DNA of 64,000 nt, taken from the NCBI RefSeq assembly GCF_902713615.1, contig NC_052154.1:81075072-81139071 (forward strand), written 5' to 3'. The notes under the pieces are model-generated. The model was not told where the DNA came from, made no database searches, and was given only the letters and a program-made list of their open reading frames with translations. Shown here piece by piece: positions 53,601 through 64,000 of the stretch. Numbering within the stretch: position 1 is the stretch's first letter; each line of letters starts with the position of its first letter. Source of the stretch: Scyliorhinus canicula (lineage: Eukaryota). Both the position numbers and the translations under genes were made by a program.

Positions 53601-53660
53601 CTCAGATTTCATCTGTAAATATACCTTGTATAAAACCTAATAAAAACATTCTTTAAAAAT
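50620..53660 (+). mobile_element. 5'-truncated L1-clade LINE (same family as 12984-15159)
   Basis: RPISLLNIDAK, DAEKAFNR, GTRQGCPLSP, CERWQGGPANHAHMFWSCP; 3'UTR ends AATAAAaacattctttaaaaa. Confidence 0.9.
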
Positions 53661-53929
53661 ATTGATTTCTGGTCAATGATAACATTTTAAGAAATGTTAT
53701 ATTAAAGGCTTGAGCGTCCTTGAAACCAGATCAATTGTCAGAGCGGGATGAAATATACCCGAGGTGTTGAGTTAATTATGGAGGCTCTAACCATCATATC
53801 TCAAGCCTTCAGAGTTAAAAGAATTCTTCCAGAAGTTGGGACGATTGTCCGATTTTGCCGTTGCTTATAAGAGGGGGGTGGGGGGGGGGGGGCATAACCC
53901 GAGTAATTATAGACGTTTTTCTTCTCGTT

Positions 53930-54145
53930 TTTGGTCAATTTAGAGTACCCAATTAAATTTTTCCAATTAAGGGGCAATTTAATATGGCCAGTCCAGCTAA
54001 CCTGCACATCTTTATGTTGTAGGGGCTGAACCCACACGGACACGGGGAGAACGTGCAGACGGACAGTGACCCAGAGTCAGGATCCAACCTGGGACTTCGG
54101 CGTCATGAAAGAACAGTGCTAACCACTGCACCACCATGCTGCCCC
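53930..54145 (-). mobile_element. V-SINE with short A-rich tail
   Basis: Head and V-core as in other copies; tail ...ttaattgggtactctaaattgaccaaaaa. Confidence 0.75.
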
Positions 54146-55186
54146 CAGTAATTACAGACTTGTTGCGTAACATTGATGGGGAGCAAATTATAGGAGTAAA
54201 TTCTAAAAACGAGTTCCTACTTCATATTGGAAGACATATCTAAATAAAGAAAAATAAACTAATATTGGGATTGGCATAAAATAGGAATTTACAGACACAT
54301 GCAGTAAAGGAACATCTGCAAACATGGATGATTTAAATCTGCATATAGATTGGACAAAACAAATTAATCACAATACCATAAAGAAGGAATTGCTTGAGTG
54401 TTTATGGAATGGTTTCCTGGACCAATACGTTCAGGAACCAATTTGTGGACAGACCATCCTAGACTGGGTGCTGTTTAATGAGAACGCATTCAGTGACAAT
54501 CTAGTTGTAGGAGAAACCTTGGGGATGAGCGACCATAATACCTATTATTTTTCATCAAGATGCAGAGTGACGTAGTCGATTCTGAGACTAGGATCCTTAA
54601 GCTTAATAAAGGAAACGACGATATGTGGCTCGAGTTGGCTATAGTCGATTGGAGAATATTACCTTAAGGGATGATTAGGGGTTGGCAATTCCAAATATTC
54701 AAGTTGCGCATGGAGGAACTGCAACAATTGTTTATTCCAGTCTGACACAAAAGTAAAAACATGCCTTTTCAATGGCTCACAAGGGAAATTAGAGATAGCG
54801 CCTTAAAAATGGTAGGAGCTTACAAATTGTCCAAGAACATCAACAGGTCTGAGGATTGGCAGAATTTAGAATTCAGTAAAGGAGACCAAGGGATTGATTA
54901 ACAAGGGGGAAATAGAGTACGAGCGTCAGCTTGCTCAGAACAAAATAAATGACCAGAATTTTTAATAGGTACGTGAACAGATAAAGATTGGTGAAGATAA
55001 ATGTAGGTCCCTTACAGTCAGAAACGGTAAGTTATAATATAGGAAAAATAAATGGCTGAACAACTGAATACATACTTTGCTTCTGTATTCACAAATGAGG
55101 ACATAAATAAGATACCAAAAATGTTGGGAACAGAGAGTTTATTGAGAGGGAGGAACTAAAGGAGATCAATGTTAGTAGAGAAATGT

Positions 55187-55479
55187 TTTAATAATAATCT
55201 TTATTATTGTCAAGTAGGCTTACATTAACACTGCAATGAAGTTACTGCAAAAAGCCCGAAATCGCCACACTCCGGCGCCTGTTTGCGTACACTAAGGGAG
55301 AATTCAGAATGTCCAAATGAGCTAACAGCACGTCTTTGGAGGAAACTGGAGCACCCGGAGGAAACCCACGCAGAAGCAAGGAGAACGTGCAGACACGGCA
55401 CAGACTGTGGGCCAAGCCAGACCTGGGACCCAGGCACTGTGAAGCAACAGTGGTAGCCAGTGTGCCACCGTGCCGCCCC
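55187..55479 (-). mobile_element. V-SINE with (TTA)n tail
   Basis: Reverse complement of the 12411-12720 type. Confidence 0.8.
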
Positions 55480-56628
55480 TATTGGAGAGATTGATGGGAT
55501 TGAAGGCTGATCAGTCCCAACGGCCTGCTAATCTACATCTCAGCTATTTAAGGAAGTGGGTCTGGAAATAGTGAATGCATTGCTGGTCATCTTCATAGAG
55601 TGTATACACTCTGAAAACTTTCCTCCAGATTGAAGGGTAGCTAATGTGACTCCACTATTTAAATAGAGAGGTATAGAGAACATAGAGAATTATAGACTAG
55701 TAAGCCTGAGGTCAGTAGTGGGGAAAGTTCTAAAATCCATTATCAAACATTTTACAACAGAGCACTTAGAAAACAGTAGCAGGGTTGCACATAGTCAGCA
55801 TAGATTGATGAAGGGGAAATGTTGCTTGCCAAATGTACTGGAATTATTCGAGGATGTTACAAGTAGAGGGGAATACAGCGGATGTGGTCCCTTTGGACTG
55901 TCGGAAGACTTTTGACAAAGTCCCACATAAGCATGTAAACTAAAAAGGCATGGGAATCAGGGTAGTTTATTGAGAGTGATAGAAAACTGTTTGACAGGGA
56001 GGAAACAAAGTGTAGGAATTAACTGGTATTTTTCCAAAGGACAGGCAATGAGTAGTGGGGTGCCACTGGGCTCGGTGCTGGGACACCAGCTATTCACAAT
56101 ATATATATATATATCTTAATGATTTAGATGAGGTAACGAAATGCAAAATGTCCAAATTTGCAGATGGCACAACGTTGGGTGGGAGGGCGAGCTGTGAGGA
56201 GGATGCAGAGATCTTTCATTTTGATTTGGACAAGTTGAGTGAGTGGGCCAATGAATGGCAGATGCAGTATAACTTGGATAAATGAGGGGTTATTCACTTT
56301 GGTAGCAAAAATGGAAAAGCCGACTATTATTGGCATGGCATAAATTTAGAGAGGGGATGTTCAGCCAGACCTGTGTGTCCTCGTACGCAAGTCACTGAAG
56401 GCAAGCATGTAGGTGCAACAGACGGTAAAGCAGGCAAATGGTATGCTTGCCTTCATACCGAGAGGATTCGAGAATAAGCACAGGGATGCCTCACTGCAGT
56501 TATACAGGGCCACACCTGGAATATTGTGTGCAGCTTTGCTCTCCTTATCCGAGGAGGGATGTTCTTGTTCCAGAGGGATTGCAGCAAAATTTCACCAGTC
56601 TGATTCCTGGGATGGCAGGGCGGATGTA

Positions 56629-59600
56629 CTTTCCAGGAGACTCATCCGGAGTGAGACTCATACAGAGTGGAGGATTGAACTTTGGTAATTTGGTGCAGTG
56701 AGGTAATTCGGTGCAGAGTGTGAGGAGGTGCTCTTTAACCCTGGTAAGTGACTGGTAAGTAGTCTCTCTTTTTCTTTTCATTGTCTAATTTATTTATTTT
56801 TATTTTGAAATTGTAGTTGTTTAAGTTTACCAAGGGTTTAAGACATGGCAGGAGATCCCAGACCCGTGTCATGCTCCTCGTGTGCGATGTGGGAGCTCCG
56901 GGACACGTCCACTGTCCCTGGCTCCTTCACGTGCAAGAAGTGTGTTCAGTTGCAGCTCTTGTTAGACCGCTTGACGGCTCTGGAGCTGCGGATGGACTCA
57001 CTTTGGAGCATCCGCGATGCTGAGGAGGTCGTGGATAGCACGTTTAGCCAGTTGGTCACACCGCAGGTGAAGGTTACTGAGGGAGGTAGAAAATGGGTGA
57101 CCAAAAGAAAGAGCAAGAGTAGGAAGGCAGTGCAGGTGTCCCCTGCGGTCATCTCCCTGCAAAACAGATATACCGCTTTGGATACTGTTGAGGAAGATGG
57201 CTCACCAGGGGAAGGCAGCAGCAGCCAGGTTCATGGCACCGTGGCTGGCTCTGCTGCACAGCAGGGCAGGAAGAAAAATGGCAGGGCTATAGTGATAGGG
57301 GACTCGATCGTAAGGGGAATAGACAGGCGGTTCTGTGGACGCAATCGAGACTCCAGGATGGTATGTTGCCTCCCTGGTGCAAGGGTCAAGGATGTCTCGG
57401 AGCGGCTGCAGGACATTCTGGGGGGGGGGGGGGGGGAGGGTGAACAGCCAGCTGTCGTGGTGCACATAGGCACCAACGATATAGGTAAAAAAACGGGATG
57501 AGGTCCTACAAGCGGAATTCAAGGAGTTAGGAGTTAAACTAAAAAGTAGGACCTCAAAGGTAGTAATCTCAGGATTGCTACCAGTGCCACGAGCTAGTCA
57601 GAGTAGGAATGTCAGGATAGATAGGATGAATGCGTGGCTCGAGAGATGGTGCAAGAGGGAGGGATTCAAATTCATGGGGCATTGGGACCGGTTCTGGGGG
57701 AGGTGGGACCAGTACAAACCGGACGGTCTGCACTTGGGCAGGACTGGAACCGATGTCCTAGGGGGGGGGGGGGGGGTTCTAGAGCTGTTGGGGAGGGTTT
57801 AAACTAATGTGGCAGGGGGATGGGAACCAATGCTGGAAGTTGGAAGGTAGTAAAACAGGGACAGAAACAAAAGGAAGTAAGGGGAAAAGTGCAAGGCAGA
57901 GAAGACAGAGTCAGAAATCCATAAGGGCGACAGTACAAGGTACAGTGACTGAGGGGAGCACAGTGAATAGGCCCAGTAATAACAAAAGGAATAAAACTGG
58001 AGATGTTAAGATTCAAAACAGAGGTAAAAAAACCAACATAAGTGTACTTTACCTGAATGCTCGTAGTATTCGGAATAAAGTAAATGAGTTGGTGGCACAA
58101 ATCATCGTAAATGACTATGATTTAGTGGCCATTACTGAAACATGGTTAAAGGATGGTCACGACTGGGAGTTAAATATCCGAGGGTATCAAACTATTCGGA
58201 AGGACAGAGTGGATGGTAAGGGAGGTGGTGTTGCTCTGTTATTTAAGGATGACATCCGGGCAATAGTAAGGGATGACATCGGTGCTATGGAGGATAAGGT
58301 TGAATCCATTTGGGTGGAAATCAGGAATAGTAAGGCGAAAAAGTCACTGATAGGAGTAGTCTATCGGCCACCAAATAGTAACGAGATGGTGGGGCAGGCA
58401 ATAAACAAAGAAATAACTGATGCATGTAGAAATGGTACAGCAGTTATCATGGGGGATTTTAATCTACATGTCGATTGGTTTAACCAGGTCGGTCAAGGCA
58501 ACCGTGAGGAGGAGTTTATAGAATGTATCCGCGATAGTTTCCTAGAACAGTATGTAATGGAACCTACGAGGGAACAAGCGGTCCTAGATCTTGTCCTGTG
58601 TAATGAGACAGGATTGATTCATGATCTCATAGTTAGGGATCCTCTCGGAAGGAGCGATCACAATATGGTGGAATTTAAAATACAGATGGAGGGTGAGAAA
58701 GTAAAATCAAATACTAGTGTTTTGTGTTTAAACAAAGGAGATTACAAGGGGATGAGAGAAGAACTAGCTAAGGTAGACTGGGAGCTAAGACTTTATGGTG
58801 GAACAGTTGAGGAACAGTGGAGAACCTTCCAAGCGATTTTTCACAGTGCTCAGCAAAGGTTTATACCAACAAAAAGGAAGGACGGAAGAAAGAGGGAAAA
58901 TCGATCGTGGATATCTAAGGAAATAAGGGAGAGTATCAAATTGAAGGAAAAAGCATATAAAGTGGCAAAGATTGCTGGGAGATTAGAGGACTGGGAAATC
59001 TTTAGGGGACAACAGAAAGCTACTAAAAAAGCTATAAAGAAGAGTAAGATAGAGTATGAGAATAAACTTGCTCAGAATATAAAAACAGACAGTAAAAGTT
59101 TTTACAAATATATAAGACAAGAATGAGTGGCTAAGGTAAATATTGGTCCTTTAGAGGATGAGAAGGGAGTTTTAATAATGGGAAATGAGGAAATGGCTGA
59201 GGAACTGAACAGGCTTTTTGGGTCGGTCTTCACAGTGGAAGACACAAATAACATGCCAGCGACTGATAGAAATTAGGCTATGACAGGTGAGGATCTTGAG
59301 ACGATTGTTATCACTAAGGAGGGAGTGATGGGCAAGCTAATGGGGCTAAAGGTAGACAAGTCTCCTGGCCCTGATGGAATGCATCCCAGAGTGCTAAAAG
59401 AGATGGCTAGGGAAATTGCAGATGCACTAGTGATAATTTACCGAAATTCACTAGACTCTGGGGTGGTCCCGGTGGATTGGAAATTAGCAAACATGACGCC
59501 ACTGTTTAAAAAAGGAGGTAGGCAGAAAGCAGGAAATTATAGGCCAGTGAGTTTAACTTCGGTAATAGGGAAGATGCTGGAATCTATCATCAAGGAAGAA

Positions 59601-61828
59601 ATTGTGAGGCATCTGGATAGAAATTGTCCCATTGGGCAGACGCAGCATGGGTTCGTAAAAGGCAGGTCGTGCCTAACTAATTTAGTGGAATTTTTTGAGG
59701 ACATTACCAGTGCAGTAGATAACGGGGAGCCGATGGATGTGGTATATCTGGATTTACAGAAAGCCTTTGACAAGGTGCCACCCAAAAGGTTGCTGCATAA
59801 GATGAAGATGCATGGCATTAAGGGTAAAGTAGTAGCATGGATAGAGGATTGGTTAATTAATAGAAAGCAAAGAGTTGGGATAAATGGATGTTTCTCTGGT
59901 TGGCAATCAGTAGCTAGTGGTGTCCCTCAGGGATCCGTGTTGGGCCCACAATTGTTCACAATTTACATTGATGATTTGGAGTTGGGAACCAAGGGCAATG
60001 TGTCCAAGTTTGCAGATGACACTAAGATGAGTGGTAAAGCGAAAAGTGCAGAGGATACTGGAAGTCTGCAGAGGGATTTGGATAGGTTAAGTGAATGGGC
60101 TCGGGTCTGGCAGATGGAATACAATGTTGACAAATGTGAGGTTATCCATTTTGGTAGGAATAAGAGCAAACGGGATTATTATTTAAACGATAAAATATTA
60201 AAGCCATGCCGCTGTTCAGAGAGACTTAGGTGCGCTAGTGCATGAGTCACAGAAGGTTGGTTTACAAGTGCAACAGGTGATTAAGGAGGCAAATGGAATT
60301 TTGTCCTTCATTGCTAGAGGGATGGAGTTTAAGACTAGGGAGGTTATGTTGCAATTGTATAAGGTGTTAGTGCGGCCACACCTGGAGTATTGTGTTCAGT
60401 TTTGGTCTCCTTACTTGAGAAAGGACGTACTGGCGCTGGAGGGTGTGCAGAGGAGATTCACTAGGTTAATCCCAGAGCTGAAGAGGTTGGATTATGAGGA
60501 GAGGTTGAGTAGACTGGGACTGTACTCGTTGGAATTTAGAAGGATGAGGGGGGATCTTATAGAAACATTTAAAATTATGAAGGGAATAGATAGGATCGTG
60601 TCGCGTCTTTTCGTCCGACGTCACTTCGTCCAACGACACTTCGTCCACGTCTTTTGGTCCAACGTCTTTTTGTCCGCCCGTCTTTTGGTCCAACGTCACT
60701 TCGTCCAATTATCCAATTACAAATTAACTCCGTATAAAACCATTTAATTGATAAAATGCAAGTACAATACAGCAAGTGAATTTAATTGTTAAAATGCAAG
60801 TAATTGATAAAATGCAAGTAAAATGCAAGTTGAAAAATGCAGTTAAAAAATCTAAAAGTGCAGTTAAAAAATCTAAAAGTTTACTAATTACATAAAATTC
60901 CCGAAATTACTTAAAATTGATGTAAATTGTAAATTCCCGAAATTCCCTAAAAGTTAGATTTCCAGAACTGTACCCGAGAGAGAATAATGGGGAGAGGACA
61001 AGATGATTTGATATTCTACAATTCCGACAGACACAGATATAAGTGGGAGTCTAATTGGATTTAGACAATGAGTGCAGTTCTGAAAGAAGCAGATTTATTT
61101 CTCGATTTTCGTCGAGTGATTAAAACCTCTGGTTGGCAGTGGGTTCTGACATTACAGGTCTGAAATGATCAAATATTCCATCAGATACAATGGCTCTCAT
61201 CACGCTGGAGCATACATGGGTGAATATCCTGCAGCTTATCTTAATAATGTCTGGAGATCAAGCAGCACAAATGCAGAACTCAACATCAAGAGGCGAAATA
61301 GGTGGAGAGGATCCTTGAGCAGTAACATTGAAAAACTAAATTAAACTTTTTGTAATTGGATAATTGGACGAAGTGACGTTGGACCAAAAGACGGGCGGAC
61401 AAAAAGACATTGGACCAAAAGACGTGGACGAAGTGTCGTTGGACGAAATGACGTCGGACGAAAAGACATAGCACCAGATAGGATAGATGCGGGCAGGTTG
61501 TTTCCACTGGCGGGTGACAGCAGAACTAGGGGGCATAGCCTCAAAATAAGGGGAAGTAGATTTAGAACTGAGTTTAGGAGGAACTTCTTCACCCAAAGGG
61601 TTGTGAATCTATGGAATTCTTTGCCCAGTGAAGCAGTTGACGCTCCTTCATTACATGTTTTTAAGGTAAAGATAGATAGTTTTTTGAAGAATAAAGGGAT
61701 TAAGGGTTATGGTGTTCGGGCCGGAAAGTGGAGCTGAGTCCACAAAAGATCAGCCATGATCTCATTGAATGGCGGAGCAGGCTCGAGGGGCCAGATGGCC
61801 TACTCCTGCTCCTAGTTCTTATGTTCTT
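56629..61828 (+). mobile_element. Near full-length young CR1 LINE (ORF1 Zn-finger + SGNH esterase from 56845; ORF2 APE-RT from about 57807), inactivated
   Basis: 5-bp TSD atgta (56624-56628, 61829-61833). IVIGDSIVRG esterase motif. ORF1 frameshift in the poly-G at 57420, ORF2 stop at 59124, a second stop near 59275, a frameshift near 60205, and a DNA-element insertion. Confidence 0.93.
60597..61475. mobile_element. Non-autonomous foldback/Mutator-like DNA transposon (879 bp, 127-bp TIRs)
   Basis: TIRs 60597-60723 and 61349-61475 (120/127 identical), each with seven ~15-bp subrepeats. Exact 9-bp TSD agataggat (60588-60596, 61476-61484). Confidence 0.9.
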
Positions 61829-62869
61829 ATGTATGAGGTGAGATTAAGTCAGTTAGGAATGTTTTCGCTGGATTTCAGAAGAATGAGGGGAATCTCATAG
61901 AAACCTATACAATTATAACTAGACTAGATAGAGTAGATGCAAGAAAGATGTTTCCGATGAACCAGAACCAGGGGTCACAGTCTGAGGGTACTGGATAGAC
62001 CATTTAGCACAGAGATGAGGAGAAATCCTTTCACTCAGAGAGTGAGCCTATGGATTTCGTACCACAAGAAGTCATTGAGGCTAAAACAATATATGCTTCG
62101 AAGAAGCAGTTAGAAATAGCACATGGGGCGAAGGGGGTCAAAGGATATTGGGGGAAGGCGGAATTAGGCAATTGAGTTGGATGATCAGCCATGCTCATAA
62201 TGAATGGCGGAGCAGAATCGATGGCCGAATGACCTCCTCCTGCTTCGATTTTCTATGATTCTATGTAATGTCGTTAGGAATGTATTGGCTGCATTTTGGT
62301 GTCCAAACTTATTCATTCCTCACGTTCGAATCATTACTTTGTGTGTTAGAAATCTTGCAGATCGAAGGAACGTGTCATAGGCAGATTTCACCGTCCGTGT
62401 TGGGGTGCAACGAGCACATCAGGGACCCAAGACTGTTCTGGAAAGTAACATTAATCTGGGCACTACTGCTGCTCAATCTGGGCTTTAAATTGCGTTTTGA
62501 TCACTTCCATTGCACAGATGCGTTTATTAGTAGCTAAATACTGTTTTACAAATCTGTCTGGAGCAGAGTTCTCCCATTGACATTCGAAGGTCAATACTTT
62601 GCCAGTAAACATCCAGAGCTACTTTATATTTGTCACGCATGCGTAGGTCGGTATATTTGCTTTTATGGCGTTTCCGCATACCCTTTTCAGCCATCTTTAG
62701 AATAATCATTAGTGTGTGCCTTAAAGGGAATGTTATGTGCCCAAAAGAGCTATTTTATATTCCTTGAGTGATGTAGCGGGTAATATCTCTCGAGATGTTA
62801 CTATTTTCCAGGCCGCTTTTTATTGCACACTACTGAGGTTTGTATTCGCAAAACCCGTGACGCAATAAC

Positions 62870-63175
62870 ATCCTCACTGGACGTGCAATCCAGAAAACCA
62901 ATATATATGACCCGGGTCCCGGGTACGAATCCTACCATGGCAGATTGCGAAATTTGAAGTCAATAACAAAAATATGGAATCAGAAAAAGTCGAATGCTGA
63001 TCATGAAACCATTGTCGTAAAAAACACCTATTTGCTTATCCCCTCTGGCGAGCGAAATCTGCCAAACTGGACTGACCTAATGTGACTTCATAGCAATCCG
63101 GTTCAATCTGAAGTGCCCTCAGAAATGGTTGAGCTAGGCACTCAGTTGGGCAATGGCTGGATCCCACGAAATAAT
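62870..63175 (+). mobile_element. Old Deu-domain SINE (SacSINE1/AmnSINE-like), degenerate
   Basis: tRNA-like head (cactggac...gggtacgaatcctaccatggcag) and core 'catgaaaccattgtc..aaaaacacc...gaaatctgcc...tgtgact' recalled as the Deu domain. Confidence 0.5.
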
Positions 63176-64000
63176 TAAAAATAAAAAAATGTCCGGGAAG
63201 AGGGATGTATCACTTGCCTATGAGTTTAAAAATTGGGATGCACTACCGCTTCTGAAAGAAACAGGTTAGCAAGATGACGCATTGGATTTTTCTTTTACGA
63301 ATCTGTTCCTTTATCATCTCCAGGTCCAATTCTATGATATACAACAGGCAGTCAGGAACAATCTTAACGAGAAACCTTCTTCATAAACTGTCCAGAATTA
63401 TGAATTATTTTGCATAAATTGGCTTTATTAGACGTTTTGTGACAAAATGCAAAAGCTACAGTTTATGTGTCAATGAGATCAATAATATAATACTTTAAGG
63501 CGTGAAAAAATGCATTGCACGTGGAGGTTTAAAACTTAACTTTACTAAAGCTTGTGCAATCATCAATAAGAAAAGGCAGACAGTGCATTTACGAAAATGC
63601 GTTTAGTCATATTTGAAAATTGAGTACATAATAGTGGGACAAATGCCATTAGACGAAATATTGATATTTTTTCCCTTTGCAATGATAGTGCGGATCGGAA
63701 AGTTACAGTCACGCTTATACAATAGAACATCGGTTTACGGTAATCATTGGGTGTTGCTATAATTACATATTGAAACACACAATGTAAAACAACTGTGGCT
63801 ATTGAATGTTGGATACGCCCATAGCGTGTTGCAATATTGTTCCATTCTTAGAACCCATCCCTTCACATTTCGAGACGCGCGAGTGATACACGTCCTCTGC
63901 CAAGCTCGAATAAACAATTCACCTTGTCAATATTTAGCAACACGTGTGTAGCTAAGACCAAAACATTACAATCCCTTGATAATGGTTTACACGTTATTAG

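Larger units (their letters stand above)
54290..62266 (+). mobile_element. Older CR1 LINE; pieces 54290-56628 and 61834-62266, hosting a SINE and the young CR1
   Basis: DDLNLHIDW, SDHN, SKFADGTTLGG and PHLEYCVQL. The sequence gggcggatgta|tgaggtgagatt rejoins across the insertion. TTCTATGA tail. Confidence 0.8.

Noticed and set aside
60604-60708. Regularly spaced repeats resembling a CRISPR array, and RHFVQ-repeat ORFs
   Set aside because: The units are contiguous without unique spacers, are mirrored as an inverted repeat, and sit in eukaryotic DNA. They are TIR subrepeats.
57807-60747. Longest ORFs in the track (439 aa and 321 aa) as host genes
   Set aside because: They are pieces of CR1 ORF2 (endonuclease and RT) broken by stops and a frameshift. 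Most other listed ORFs are TE fragments or their antisense frames.
61165-61344. 59-aa ORF inside the foldback element
   Set aside because: No transposase motif, and a stop lies just upstream; not supportable as a gene.

Overview
Eukaryotic, repeat-dense vertebrate DNA, most likely elasmobranch (shark/ray), judged from HE1/V-SINE-type and Deu-type SINEs plus abundant CR1, fish-type L1 and Rex1 LINEs. I can support one host gene. It is a spliced Ig-superfamily receptor on the + strand: leader (8111-8171), V domain with a germline-joined J-like G strand (8369-8689), C1-set domain (9444-9755) and a transmembrane exon with an Arg (10978-11088). All exons are in frame and joined by phase-1 GT-AG introns. 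Its cytoplasmic exon(s) could not be identified. The rest is mostly nested transposons: a Gmr1-type Gypsy element with integrase before RT (27236-37406), two near full-length copies of one young esterase-bearing CR1, three L1 copies (two with TSDs), a second Gypsy remnant, LTR remnants, many SINEs, and an 879-bp foldback/Mutator-like DNA element with 127-bp subrepeated TIRs and a 9-bp TSD. There are no rRNA, true tRNA or CRISPR features. Family names come from motif recognition by eye, not database searches. Boundaries of old fragments are approximate.
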